IMG/VR virus record: IMGVR_UViG_3300044981_000021
Coordinates: 1-64,000 of that record
Strand: one strand, 5' to 3'
Source of the DNA: a virus
DNA length: 64,000 nucleotides
Under the pieces are notes generated by a model. It was given only the letters and a program-made list of their open reading frames with translations. It did no database searches and was not told the DNA's origin. Each line of letters starts with the position of its first letter. Within the stretch, counting starts at the first letter, position 1. Positions 28,729 to 39,249 of the stretch are shown here, piece by piece. Made by a program: the position numbers and the translations under genes.

Positions 28729-29277
28729 TTAATAATTTCTTCTCGTTGGACCGTTGCTGCGTTCAATAACCACCATGCTATCGTAACAATGGAATGATCG
28801 GGTAGTGTCCCATTTAAGCAATGGCATCAGTCGATCCATAAATTTACAGTGATCCTTATAATCGTGTAAATCTTCAATCATGTAGACGCCATTCTTTGGC
28901 AATTTTGGATAAAGAAAATTAAAGGTGCGCAAAATCGCATCTTGGTTATGTCCACCGTCATCCAAAACACAATCTGGCGGACCACATTCGTTGACTACTG
29001 TGCCTAGAAATATTTCATCTTCTTGGCGACCAATGCGAATTCTAATCTGGTGGCAATGTTCCGCTCGGTCTTGATTGCTATCTATACCGACAAGTTGAGA
29101 ATCAGGACCAAAATAATTTCTCCATCCACGAAGATCGTTTAGGCTGACCCCAATCTCATAGAAGGTTACTGGCTGATACACAAATTTTGAGAAGTGGCGT
29201 TCGTATACCGGGACATAGACACTATGCCCGTTATGCTTTTGGTCCGAATTGCCTTGCCAATCTTGCCATAGACTCAA
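28729..29277 (-). CDS. class I SAM methyltransferase (sugar O-methyltransferase-like)
   Basis: YEIGV, VGID, LDDGGH, GVYMIEDL. Confidence 0.8.
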   Translation of the reverse strand: MSLWQDWQGNSDQKHNGHSVYVPVYERHFSKFVYQPVTFYEIGVSLNDLRGWRNYFGPDSQLVGIDSNQDRAEHCHQIRIRIGRQEDEIFLGTVVNECGPPDCVLDDGGHNQDAILRTFNFLYPKLPKNGVYMIEDLHDYKDHCKFMDRLMPLLKWDTTRSFHCYDSMVVIERSNGPTRRNY

Positions 29278-29278
29278 G

Positions 29279-29749
29279 TTAGTTAGCCTTTTTTGTTAGC
29301 GTTAATTGCGCTGCGATAATGGCGTTTGTGTAATGCTTAGCCGCGAACATTCTTGTTTCTTCTGCTCGCTGTGCTATCCCGCCTTCGATTTCATATCCTC
29401 CCGTGTAATCGAAATTACACTTTATATTACGATCCATCTTTAACCGTTCACGAACTTCTTTGTTGAAGAACGAAAAACTGTCATCTGTCCACGGTGGCCA
29501 TTCATATAAATAGTCGGCTATACCTCCGGCACTAGACCAATACGGAATTCTAACTAAGGCCGTTCCGCCAACAGTTAAGATTCGATAGAGTTCTTCAAAA
29601 AATTTGGGGCGACTCTTCCCTGGGATAAACTCTAAGAGTTTGGTAATTACTACCGACTCCACGCTTTCGTCTGTCCATTTCCACGGATAGCGGCGAGTGT
29701 TGTCTACAGTTAATTCTAGTTTCTCGATTAGCTTTTTCTGTTTCTTCAA
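29279..29749 (-). CDS. methyltransferase-fold protein (partial type 11-like)
   Basis: PWKWTDESVE...FFEELYRILTVGG...PYW; canonical SAM motif I not evident. Confidence 0.6.
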   Translation of the reverse strand: MKKQKKLIEKLELTVDNTRRYPWKWTDESVESVVITKLLEFIPGKSRPKFFEELYRILTVGGTALVRIPYWSSAGGIADYLYEWPPWTDDSFSFFNKEVRERLKMDRNIKCNFDYTGGYEIEGGIAQRAEETRMFAAKHYTNAIIAAQLTLTKKAN

Positions 29750-30484
29750 CTACCACACCATCCCAGTATTAACGTCTAAATGCCCACATTTTGCCCGCGT
29801 ATCACAGGCACACTTAAAGCCAAATTTTGCGGCGTTGGAAAAAAAGTATAGGTCTTGGGTTGCTGCCCCAGTTCTCTCTTGTAAGGTTTTAAAGTATGGC
29901 TTGTCCATGTCTTTCAATTTCTTTTTAAATGAAGAAATTTTCCAAAGATTACAACCCATACCCAGCCCATTGCATGGTTGAACTTGATTCATTAGCGGGG
30001 CTTGTGGAATGAAATTCATCGGCTTTTCGTTAACGTTTCCGTATATCATGGGCTGACTAAAGCAATCACTTGTAGAGTTGGATTTCGTCCAATAAAGTGC
30101 CCCAACACAATCAAAATCTTTTATGCTTTCGTATAACTTTAATAGTGTATCTGATTCTGGGACATTATCTTCCTCGCAAGTAAAAATATAGCCCCACTTG
30201 CTCAATTCGGGGTGATCTAGCACCATTTCAAAAGCTTTTTGGTAGGCAACCCCAACTTCTTCGTTTTCGATAAACATGGGACCAAAGAATTTTTGGTTCA
30301 TTGGCTTTTGAAGAGACAACCAAGAACTTACAACTCTTGGTTTTATGCTGCCGCGAGTAGGTGTTATCCAAACCGTAGATAGATCGCGATAGCTCTGTCC
30401 TCTGTGTAGGCGAGAGATGGAACTCTCTAGGTTTTGGTTATTCCACCCATAATCTATTTGTAGAGATTTCTTAAACTTTCTCAA
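29750..30484 (-). CDS. GT-A (GT2-like) glycosyltransferase
   Basis: PTRG, EEDN (DxD-like), GLGMGC, TQDLYF, CGHLD. Confidence 0.75.
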   Translation of the reverse strand: MRKFKKSLQIDYGWNNQNLESSISRLHRGQSYRDLSTVWITPTRGSIKPRVVSSWLSLQKPMNQKFFGPMFIENEEVGVAYQKAFEMVLDHPELSKWGYIFTCEEDNVPESDTLLKLYESIKDFDCVGALYWTKSNSTSDCFSQPMIYGNVNEKPMNFIPQAPLMNQVQPCNGLGMGCNLWKISSFKKKLKDMDKPYFKTLQERTGAATQDLYFFSNAAKFGFKCACDTRAKCGHLDVNTGMVW

Positions 30485-30486
30485 GC

Positions 30487-31572
30487 CTAAGCACCAACCA
30501 ACGCGAAATACGGCTGTGCCGCAGCTACAGAGCCGACCGTAGTCAAAGACGCCGTAGCGGTCAAAGTAATCGCCGCAGGTACAGCCCCGGTTGAATAAAT
30601 TCCGTTCATAAAAATTCCTGGGACGGATAATGTGCTTACCTGAGAGCCGAGATAGTTGAATGCTGGGACGGAATTTGTATTGGCGCTAATCGTACTATTG
30701 GCTGCCGCCCCGGTACCCATGGTTACCGCTACAGTGCTTGTATTCAGCGTTACGGCTGAAGATTTCATACTTACGCTAGACACAATATTAGAATTGGCGC
30801 TAGCTCCTATTAAACTGAAACTCTCAGATACGCTTGCTCCTGTAACGGATACGGATAGAGCAGAGTTGAAAGAAGATGCCAACGAAGACGATGCGCTGAT
30901 TGTAAACGCCGTAAAATCCCCGGCAGTAGAAAGAGCCAAAAATGCCGCCCCGTAAGAACTTACAGAAATGGTTCCCGTACCGACCGTCATCGCCGCACTC
31001 CCAGTTGCAAGACTAACGGCAGACGTAGCTTGTGTAGTTACAGTCTGCGCTGCTGCGGGAACGTTATTGTTCGCTCCGAATATAGAAATGCTTGCATTGG
31101 CCGAGCCAGAGAACGACATCAGGTTACCGAAAACGTAATCCCCGGGAGCTAGTTCACTAGAAGCAAACGTCATTGGGAAGATAACCCCACCTGCCTGAGT
31201 CCAGCCCGGAACAATGTTACTGAAGTTAGTAAGCGCCCCACTAGTTACGCTAGTTCCGACAAACGTTACGCCCTGCGATGTGCTGTAAAGGGAAGCTAGT
31301 TTGGTTGAGTTGGAGAATGTATAAACAACTAGCGTTCTAGCAAACGAACCATAGCTCCCCGTCGAGGATGCAGCCGTAGCCATGGCCATTGATAACGCCA
31401 TGTCGCATTCTGACAAGTTCATCGGCCCGGGAATATACATACGATTCAGAAACAAACTGCTTCCGAACGCCATCGCTACGCCTGACGTAGTAGAAGCCGA
31501 GACTAGGGGTATCCCAACCTGCTGTAGTGGGCTGTTCTGCGTAAACGATAATTGTGTTGGGGCGTATGCCAT
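30487..31572 (-). CDS. Ser/Thr/Ala-rich putative virion protein
   Basis: Extremely S/T/A-rich, few charged residues. Confidence 0.65.
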   Translation of the reverse strand: MAYAPTQLSFTQNSPLQQVGIPLVSASTTSGVAMAFGSSLFLNRMYIPGPMNLSECDMALSMAMATAASSTGSYGSFARTLVVYTFSNSTKLASLYSTSQGVTFVGTSVTSGALTNFSNIVPGWTQAGGVIFPMTFASSELAPGDYVFGNLMSFSGSANASISIFGANNNVPAAAQTVTTQATSAVSLATGSAAMTVGTGTISVSSYGAAFLALSTAGDFTAFTISASSSLASSFNSALSVSVTGASVSESFSLIGASANSNIVSSVSMKSSAVTLNTSTVAVTMGTGAAANSTISANTNSVPAFNYLGSQVSTLSVPGIFMNGIYSTGAVPAAITLTATASLTTVGSVAAAQPYFALVGA

Positions 31573-31583
31573 TAATTATTCCT

Positions 31584-34500
31584 TTAGAACAGCCAATACT
31601 GGGTTCCGTCAAATTTTAACGTAATTGCCTGATTTTGACCTAGTGCGGTTGTTGTTCCCGAGTCAATCTTGACGGTACCCCCAGCAGACACAGTGCAAGT
31701 CGCTGCGTTTATATTCTTTACGTGGAATGTCTTCCCCGTGGGAATGCTAGACGATGGCAGGGTTACGGTAAACGCTGTAGATGCCGCGTTGCACAGAATT
31801 GTAGAATCGCTTATGCTTGCGCTGTAGGTCGTTGTCTGCGTATTCAGCGAATCTAGTTCAACAGGGAAGAACGATCCATTGTTGTCGGAACATAGGATTT
31901 GATGATAGGTAGAATCTGCATAGCAAATATCATAAGCAGACTTTGCCGATGCCGCCGTTCCTTCACCTAAGCAAGCCGAACCACCCGTTCCCGAAGTACA
32001 AGAACCTCCGTCAATAGCTAGCGAGGTTGCTAGGGTGGCGTTGCCTTGATAATCAACCGCGAACTCAGAAGTCGTGCTAGATTGTAGGTCGATTAACTTA
32101 CTCGCTGCTCCTTCTGCGGTTGTCGTGATATTTTCAAAAATACCAGCATCTACTACGCCCGTGGTATTCCATGTCCCGGTGATGTTTAAGAATGGCGTCG
32201 TATTGGCGGCCCCAACGGTCCCCGCAGCAATTTCAAACTGTCCCGGAGCGCCTGCCGTGCCAGTTCCACCCGCGCTTCCGAGGGTAAATACTGCATTCCC
32301 GCCTCGACCAGTAGTGCTTCCTGCTGTTGCCGATCCACCCGTACCCGTTGTAACTAGGAAATCAGTTCCCACTCCGCCCGTCCCTGAAGTAGCTCCACCC
32401 GCTCCGCCCGCGCCTCCTGTGATCGTGAACGTCCCTGCGGCTCCGCCGTTTCCTGTAGCTCCGCCCGCTGCACCCGCTCCTATAGTTGTTGTGAAGGCTC
32501 CACCTGCTCCGCCGGTATTCGCAGAACCATTTGCTACCGACCCTGCTCCCGTAAGCAGCGTAATTGGCGCTCCGACATATCCCGCGTGAGACGATGCGGC
32601 TCCTCCTGCTGCTGCCGCCGTTATGTTGATAAGTGGCGGAGCATTGGCTGCCGCTGGCCCTGCCGCACCTTGCGTAAGTTGTAATACGGCAGCAGTAGTG
32701 GTTGTAAGCGTGGTTAACTGTAAATCAACATCACTTGTACCAGTAGCCGCCGTGGTTTCCCCAAAAGTTACACAAGCCTGAGTATTTGAAGTTTGAGCAC
32801 AGTTAAGCGTTAATGGGTTATTGCCGTCTGCGAGTGTGGCGATTGATCCCGTAGCGCTTATTACGCTGCTAATCGGTATGGTTCCTGTATTAATTACTCC
32901 GCCCGCCCCGACAGCAAATTCCTTGGTTCCACCACTAAGTGTTCCGTTGGTTATGATTGAAGCTACATACAGCCTAAATAAGTCTCCCGTTCCTGAAACG
33001 CTATTCCCAACCAGCCCAATGCACCCCGTAGACGTACCCGCACAATTAGCAATCAAGCCAATACTAGTATTGTTGTTTGTCGAGTTGGTGTCTTGGATGG
33101 TGATGTACGAGGTAAGAGAAGAAGTCTCGACTCCGTTAAATGTATAGTTATCGCCTGCCGCAGATTCGGACCTAGAAACCTGATTAGCTGAACCCGTAAC
33201 CGCATCAAGAGAGGGGCTGCTGCCCGCAGCAGTCAAGGTGCTAGCCGTATTCATATCAATCAATGGCAACGTGGTACTTAAGGCTTGCGATGTTCCGTCA
33301 CCCAAGATAAAGGTGCCCGACACTGCGACAACGGTTCCAACCGTTGCTCCTTGACTATTAGTACAAGAAGAAGTACCCGTGCTATCTGTAACTTGACCCG
33401 CCGTAGAACCCGCGCACACGGTATCTCCAACCGTAACAGCCCCAGAGGCATTAATTGGGGTTTGGCTAGGAGGGGAAAGGACAATATCTGTATTGCTGTT
33501 AACTGTCTCGATAACCCCTAACCAATTCTGTGGGCTAGCACCGCAGTTCTTTACGGTCATTGCCGTGGTAGATGAGATACAAGCCAAATCCCACTGAGTA
33601 GAGGTAGCGGCCTTGATATACTGCTTTGCGAAGCCAAGAATACCCTGCAATCCCTGCGTAGCTCCCGTGCTAGCACCAGCTTCGATCATTACACTACCGG
33701 CAGACGAACTAGCATTGGTTGCAGCATTCGACCCACCAATGATGAATACTGGGCCACCTGCGGATGATGCTCCACCTGCTCCAGTTTCGTTGGCTCCGCG
33801 AAGCGTTAATCCACCAAGGGCAGAGTTGGCCGAAGCGTCTTTGCCGCCCATAATTGTAAGCAGTTGTGTAGTGGTAGCATCGCTCAGTAAGTTGCTTGAT
33901 TCAAGAAGATCAGAAACAACGCTATTTCCGTTTGAATCAAACTTCATAAGAGCGTTAGTTGTCGGACTACCCGTAGACAACTGAAGCAAGGCACCATTTC
34001 CCTGTTCTCCCGTTACCCCGGAAATAGACAATGTATTCGTAGACAAGCTTAATGGAGCGCTGATTGTAGCCGTCAAATCGCTGAATGCGGGTTGGGCACA
34101 AGTAAACACTCCTGCCGTGGATAAAACGTCCATCCATTGATGAGATGCGCATGTTTTAGCTACGGAAGTTGTTCCTACGGTGGCAGCATTGCCGATTTCG
34201 TGTACTCTTAGGTCGGTAGAGTCGAACCAAATCAAGGTACCCGAAGCTGGGGCGCTAGGAGCAGCACTAGATGGTAGAGAGATTTCCCCAGTCCCGGGTA
34301 CCGATGCCGAACCGGATGCAAACCCATTAGCAAACAGATTTCCCGTGGCGGCACATGATCCTCCACTAGAAACATCAACTTGCCCTGCTGCACCACGGCA
34401 TAGTCCCGTATCGGCCACGTTGCCCGAAGTGGTCCAAATTATGCTTCCGCCAAGATATTCATTTCTCCAGCGAAGAGACGCCGAACCAAGATCAATAGCA

Positions 34501-37500
34501 TTATCTGATCCCGGTATTAGCGACGAGTTTACGGCCACGGCAGACAAATTGCTTAAGGCTTGATTGGCTCCCGATGCACCTGAGTTCAATTGTTGTACCC
34601 AAGTGTTCCCCGAGTAGCATTCGTTAATGCTTTGTCCGTGGGTTTGGTCGGTAGCGAAATATAAATCTCCCGGAGTACAGGTTGCAGGAATGGCCGCTAT
34701 CAGGCCCGTCTGTATCGACCCTGTATGTGCTGCGCCACGGAAGTTTATGGTTCCCGTGGCGGTAATATTGGCAACATCTAGCGTTCCGCTTTTGTCACCT
34801 TGGGTTCCGTTGCCAACGTCGATCACGCCTGCCGAGTCGCGAGATATCCCGGTATCGCTTGCTCCAACTTGAAACAAGCTTGCCAAGACACCGTTGCCAA
34901 ATCTAGAAACAAAGTTTGTTGCAGTAGAAATTTCGGCAATTGTTCCGTTGTTGTCGTCGAAGTGATACATCGCCACTTGATTGTCGGTCCCCGTATTGTC
35001 GGTGGTGATGTTGTTTCTTATCACCGTATTTCCATTGCCTTGTGCCTGCAAAGAGAATCCAATCACATTGATATCGGCGGTGGTGAAATTCGCGCTAATT
35101 TCTATTCCATTTTGAGCACACTGCGGAGAATCGTTGCTTGCCCCGCAATAACCGTTAATTATGTTGATGTCATGTGCCGCCGCCTGAGAACCAATCAGGA
35201 TTCCATCAATGGCACCGGCTAGGTAATTTGTGTCGATGTTAATACCTTGCGAATCAATTACCATGGCCGCGTTTGCATATTCGATAGCCGTGGCCGTGCC
35301 CGACCCACCTGAAGTGGCCCCGTGAGTTACGGTACCCTCAAACTGATTGCCATTCAGTCCCGTAAGGATGATTACAACTTCAAGTCCATTTAGGAAAGTA
35401 TCTGCCCCCGTGAATCCCGACAGCGTTACGGGCTGACCGACAGTATAGTTATTCGTGGCGGTAAACGTTGCCGTATTGCTGCCGTTGATGGAATAGGCCG
35501 TGATCGCGGCTTGATCGTTGGTGTTGGTACACCCTCCTGCTGCTTCGTTGAAGGTTGCTCCACGGAATCCGCGCAACGCTCCAGCCTTTTGAATCCATGC
35601 GTAGCCGTGACCGCCACAACCCGTAATGAACGCCCCGGAAGTATCTTCTTGACTATCGACCGGACCCCAATTCTGCGCATGGTTGGTGCGAATTGTGTAT
35701 CCCCACGCAACGTTTTGAAAGCCTATGTGATCTGTTCCACCGCGTTCTTCGCCAAACTTGTTTTCCCATCCAATAATGCCTTCATAAGTTGATCCATCGA
35801 GTGCTACGTTTTGAAGGTAGCAACCATAACAAACTGATGAGGCAGAATTCGATTTAACATACGGCACACTAGAGCCATTAAACAAATCTCCATTGGCGAA
35901 TCCAAGAATTGGGGTTGGGAGATAAAACGTTCCACATCCAGAAGCGCAATTTAGGCTAGCATTTGTTACCGCATCGGGGACTGCTGCTGTACAGGTAAAC
36001 GAAGTCGCACCAACCGCCGTGATTCCGCAGGCAAAGTCATTAATGGTAGCCGATGCCCCGGATATCCAACCCATTACACCATTGTTTACGTCTTGAGTTG
36101 AGATGGCTGATCCTGAATTTGGAGCGCAACTAGCAGCGTTCCCGCACGATGTTGCAGTCGAAGGGGTTACATTGATGGTACAGACGTGCTTAATGGTTCC
36201 TGATGTTGTACACCCCGATACCGTTATGCTTGGGTATGAACGTTGCGGTACACCTTCTGTGCAAGAAGCAAACGGGGTTCCCGCCCCTGTACACATGCTG
36301 AAAGTAGTACCGTAAGCACCATCGGAACGCTTGGTAGTACCGCGTACCAAGACACGTTCAGGAATAAGAATTGCAGGCGTCCCGGGCAGTTGACCGCTAG
36401 GATTAACCCCCGTCGTAGAACCATCCCCGAAAGAATAGTTGGTTGTTTGGCTTGTGGAACACGGGGTAGCCGCACATGGACCGTCAATGTAAAACTGAGC
36501 ACTCCCTAGCCAAAGTTCTCCACCTGAACCATTTAGTGCAGATAAAGCTTGAGTAATGTTTGCGGGCTTTACTAATTGCTTGCCATAGAAACCGCGAGCA
36601 TCAATGATTGTAGACGTACCCGAAGCAGCAGAAGCGGCAGCGGTGATTGCTGAAAATGCATCACCTGTCGTACAGTGCCCGACCCCGCCTGAAGTGCTAT
36701 AAGAGTTGCTCGTACAAAAAGCGGTTGCATCGTAGAACTTCGGGCTGACCGCAGCGTAGGTATTGCTCCCGCTAGTGTTGTTTAAATCTAGACCTTGAGT
36801 TCCTGAAGGTAGGCTCCCGCCTGAACCGCAATCTGCTGCTGTAATATGCAGGTTTCCACTTGCATCAGTATCTACGCAACGAGAAGCTGTGGTTGCCCCT
36901 GTCCACGTAGCAAACTGAGTCGTATTTCCTGTTACGGTTCCTGTTGATGGATTGGCCCCTGCCCCACCGCCAATTAGAGGCAGATTTAACGTAAACGTTG
37001 GAACGGTAGGAACCCCCGCTCCAGTGGTATTCGATATAAGCCCTGTAGCCAGACCTGATAGCGATGTTCCGTTAAGACCCGTGTTGGTCATCACCCCGGC
37101 GTTGGTTATCGAAGAATCACCACTAAGTGCGACACATTTAGCGAGGTTAGAACCGTTACCTACAACCAAAAACGCAGAAGTACAAGCAGCGGCAATGGCT
37201 TGTGAACTACCGTTGGTAGCAAGAAAAGTTGCAGAAGCAGGAACGGCGGCACCATTGATTCCAGTATTGGTCCATACCCCTCCCGCCGTAACTGAAGCAT
37301 CTTGTGAAATCGCCTGCGCTACGGGAAGATTACCAGCGCTTCCAATGTAAATATCTGTATTTGGCAACGCTGCGGCTACAGGTTGGTTGCTACTATTGGT
37401 CCCCACGATTAGGGCAGAAGCAGGGAACGTTCCGCCATTGGCTTCGTTGGCGTTAACTACTCCTGTACCAGAAAATGTAAGCGTTCCCCCTGTTGGGACC

Positions 37501-37820
37501 GTGCTAGTTCCACCGAGAGAAAGAATGCTGGTGCTGCTTCCAGTCAGGGTCGTTGTTCCGTTGGTTGTCCACTGCGTAATACCACCAAACACCGTAGCGT
37601 TATTCCACTGTATTTGTCCGTTTGAACCACCCGGGTTTGACCCTGCCCCACCGCAAGCTCCGCCTGAGTCTTGAATCGTATTAGAATTTAAAAACGATAC
37701 GCAGTGCCCCGCAGTAACCGCCCCATTAACCGATACGGTACCTCCACCAGAAATTTGGGCTAGAGCAGCGCACTGAAGCAGCAGCAGAACACAAACTACA
37801 TTTAATGTACGTTTTACCAT
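31584..37820 (-). CDS. very long fibre/adhesin-like protein (2078 aa) with signal peptide
   Basis: MVKRTLNVVCVLLLLQCAALA-Q; PGGSNGQIQWNN, DTGISRDSAG, DLGSASLRW and Gly-rich fibre motifs; C-terminal TVTLP...FDGTQYW. Confidence 0.8.
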   Translation of the reverse strand: MVKRTLNVVCVLLLLQCAALAQISGGGTVSVNGAVTAGHCVSFLNSNTIQDSGGACGGAGSNPGGSNGQIQWNNATVFGGITQWTTNGTTTLTGSSTSILSLGGTSTVPTGGTLTFSGTGVVNANEANGGTFPASALIVGTNSSNQPVAAALPNTDIYIGSAGNLPVAQAISQDASVTAGGVWTNTGINGAAVPASATFLATNGSSQAIAAACTSAFLVVGNGSNLAKCVALSGDSSITNAGVMTNTGLNGTSLSGLATGLISNTTGAGVPTVPTFTLNLPLIGGGAGANPSTGTVTGNTTQFATWTGATTASRCVDTDASGNLHITAADCGSGGSLPSGTQGLDLNNTSGSNTYAAVSPKFYDATAFCTSNSYSTSGGVGHCTTGDAFSAITAAASAASGTSTIIDARGFYGKQLVKPANITQALSALNGSGGELWLGSAQFYIDGPCAATPCSTSQTTNYSFGDGSTTGVNPSGQLPGTPAILIPERVLVRGTTKRSDGAYGTTFSMCTGAGTPFASCTEGVPQRSYPSITVSGCTTSGTIKHVCTINVTPSTATSCGNAASCAPNSGSAISTQDVNNGVMGWISGASATINDFACGITAVGATSFTCTAAVPDAVTNASLNCASGCGTFYLPTPILGFANGDLFNGSSVPYVKSNSASSVCYGCYLQNVALDGSTYEGIIGWENKFGEERGGTDHIGFQNVAWGYTIRTNHAQNWGPVDSQEDTSGAFITGCGGHGYAWIQKAGALRGFRGATFNEAAGGCTNTNDQAAITAYSINGSNTATFTATNNYTVGQPVTLSGFTGADTFLNGLEVVIILTGLNGNQFEGTVTHGATSGGSGTATAIEYANAAMVIDSQGINIDTNYLAGAIDGILIGSQAAAHDINIINGYCGASNDSPQCAQNGIEISANFTTADINVIGFSLQAQGNGNTVIRNNITTDNTGTDNQVAMYHFDDNNGTIAEISTATNFVSRFGNGVLASLFQVGASDTGISRDSAGVIDVGNGTQGDKSGTLDVANITATGTINFRGAAHTGSIQTGLIAAIPATCTPGDLYFATDQTHGQSINECYSGNTWVQQLNSGASGANQALSNLSAVAVNSSLIPGSDNAIDLGSASLRWRNEYLGGSIIWTTSGNVADTGLCRGAAGQVDVSSGGSCAATGNLFANGFASGSASVPGTGEISLPSSAAPSAPASGTLIWFDSTDLRVHEIGNAATVGTTSVAKTCASHQWMDVLSTAGVFTCAQPAFSDLTATISAPLSLSTNTLSISGVTGEQGNGALLQLSTGSPTTNALMKFDSNGNSVVSDLLESSNLLSDATTTQLLTIMGGKDASANSALGGLTLRGANETGAGGASSAGGPVFIIGGSNAATNASSSAGSVMIEAGASTGATQGLQGILGFAKQYIKAATSTQWDLACISSTTAMTVKNCGASPQNWLGVIETVNSNTDIVLSPPSQTPINASGAVTVGDTVCAGSTAGQVTDSTGTSSCTNSQGATVGTVVAVSGTFILGDGTSQALSTTLPLIDMNTASTLTAAGSSPSLDAVTGSANQVSRSESAAGDNYTFNGVETSSLTSYITIQDTNSTNNNTSIGLIANCAGTSTGCIGLVGNSVSGTGDLFRLYVASIITNGTLSGGTKEFAVGAGGVINTGTIPISSVISATGSIATLADGNNPLTLNCAQTSNTQACVTFGETTAATGTSDVDLQLTTLTTTTAAVLQLTQGAAGPAAANAPPLINITAAAAGGAASSHAGYVGAPITLLTGAGSVANGSANTGGAGGAFTTTIGAGAAGGATGNGGAAGTFTITGGAGGAGGATSGTGGVGTDFLVTTGTGGSATAGSTTGRGGNAVFTLGSAGGTGTAGAPGQFEIAAGTVGAANTTPFLNITGTWNTTGVVDAGIFENITTTAEGAASKLIDLQSSTTSEFAVDYQGNATLATSLAIDGGSCTSGTGGSACLGEGTAASAKSAYDICYADSTYHQILCSDNNGSFFPVELDSLNTQTTTYSASISDSTILCNAASTAFTVTLPSSSIPTGKTFHVKNINAATCTVSAGGTVKIDSGTTTALGQNQAITLKFDGTQYWLF
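37797..37809. repeat. 13-bp palindrome TACATTTAATGTA
   Basis: Family member, in the 5' end of the fibre gene. Confidence 0.85.
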
Positions 37821-38224
37821 TATCCGGCAACCCTACCCGGTGCCCATGAAACCGAATACTCAACAAATACCTGACAAACTTGCTGAGCGTTGCAATTCAA
37901 GGTTAGATCGAATCCTGCCCCGCTAGACGTATTGCGGGTAGTCTCAAATAAGAATCCGGGCGGGCTAGCGCGTTCTGTCCAGTTTCCCGTACCGCCCGCC
38001 GATGGAATCAAGAACGGACCAGCAATATTAGAAAAGTTGGAGTCCTGCCACGTAACAAGCACCGGATTGCTAACATTTTGATTCTGAACGTTGTAACTGT
38101 GAATACGAACTACGGCTCCGCGCTGTTGGCCGTGGACAGGTCCAGTCTTGTAGGGGTTTGTAACTATCGTAGACGAGTTACTTGAGTTGATCGTAACGTT
38201 CGCCGTTTGGATGAAAGGAGCCAT
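37820..38224 (-). CDS. putative virion structural protein
   Basis: GAGG RBS; beta-rich; coupled to the fibre gene. Confidence 0.6.
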   Translation of the reverse strand: MAPFIQTANVTINSSNSSTIVTNPYKTGPVHGQQRGAVVRIHSYNVQNQNVSNPVLVTWQDSNFSNIAGPFLIPSAGGTGNWTERASPPGFLFETTRNTSSGAGFDLTLNCNAQQVCQVFVEYSVSWAPGRVAG

Positions 38225-38234
38225 AATTACCTCA

Positions 38235-38660
38235 CTACATCAATTGGTTTGACGATTGGAGCCATGGCTCATCGTTTGGTGCGTTGTCCTCTTTTTCATA
38301 ATCGCGCTGGATAGTTAAAGTTAGCAGGCTTACCGCAAGCATTAACTTCCCGAACTTTTCTTCCACGTTGCCGCGAAACTCATCGGTCCCCGCCTGTAGG
38401 GCCGGTAGCCTAAATCCTTCGTCGAACACGGTTAATCTTTTGAGGACTTCCCAGCAGTCATCAATTCGCATTCCCATCCATGCCGCGTTATAGGCTTGTT
38501 GGGCGATTTCTTTCTGTTCCTTGGTTAGCTCGCGATCCTTGGCCCACTTTTCAAAACTGCCGACGCGACTGATCTGCAACTTTGCCAGCCGCCTAAATCT
38601 TTCGAGGCGATCATCCGTGGGAAGTGCTTCAGCTATAACGGTTTCTAGTATTTTTGTCAT
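38235..38660 (-). CDS. hypothetical protein
   Basis: Operon context. Confidence 0.55.
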   Translation of the reverse strand: MTKILETVIAEALPTDDRLERFRRLAKLQISRVGSFEKWAKDRELTKEQKEIAQQAYNAAWMGMRIDDCWEVLKRLTVFDEGFRLPALQAGTDEFRGNVEEKFGKLMLAVSLLTLTIQRDYEKEDNAPNDEPWLQSSNQLM

Positions 38661-39049
38661 TAGTTAACGATCCATTCCGACATAAGGTTCGACACGGGAA
38701 GCAAAATACTCGACTGGGCTTCGGAATCATAGAAATGCGTGCGGCAGTGATTGTCTTTGAATGATGGGAACGGGCACCCCTTGGTGCTGCATCTCCCGTC
38801 AATCACGATTTCCACGCGCCGCTCTGGCTTGAACTGGCTGCGGAAGGAACATAAGCCGGAATGGCCGAATGGGCGTTTGCAGGGACACGGGGGCAACTTC
38901 ATCTTGCCGACTGATCGCCGGATAGATTCTGCGCAAAGGTTAAATTCAACGGAAGCGTCGGCAAAGGTGTTTCCAGGTATGGAAACAAAGGCTCTTATTG
39001 CCGAACGTTGAGCATCGGTGAGTGCGTGCGCGATATAACTACCTCGCAC
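38660..39049 (-). CDS. hypothetical HTH/Zn-finger protein
   Basis: N-terminal HTH-like segment, Cys/His clusters. Confidence 0.5.
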   Translation of the reverse strand: MRGSYIAHALTDAQRSAIRAFVSIPGNTFADASVEFNLCAESIRRSVGKMKLPPCPCKRPFGHSGLCSFRSQFKPERRVEIVIDGRCSTKGCPFPSFKDNHCRTHFYDSEAQSSILLPVSNLMSEWIVN

Positions 39050-39249
39050 GTAATATTAAAGGTTATAGGGGAAAACTTACTAGGCAGTACGGCCTTGATA
39101 GAATCCAGCGCGGGATTTTAAAACGTGGTCGTCGTGGAAGTGTTCTTGCAGTTCTTCTAGGGAGAGAAAAGGACGCCCGCCGTCAGGGCACAAATGGCAA
39201 AACGCTTTATAGGGCGGCGGGATTATAAATTCAGTTTTTGGTTCTTCGC

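Noticed and set aside
25899-37674. Numerous plus-strand and alternate-frame ORFs within the fibre genes
   Set aside because: Shadow ORFs of Gly/Ala/Thr-rich coding sequence, with no RBS or recognisable domains.
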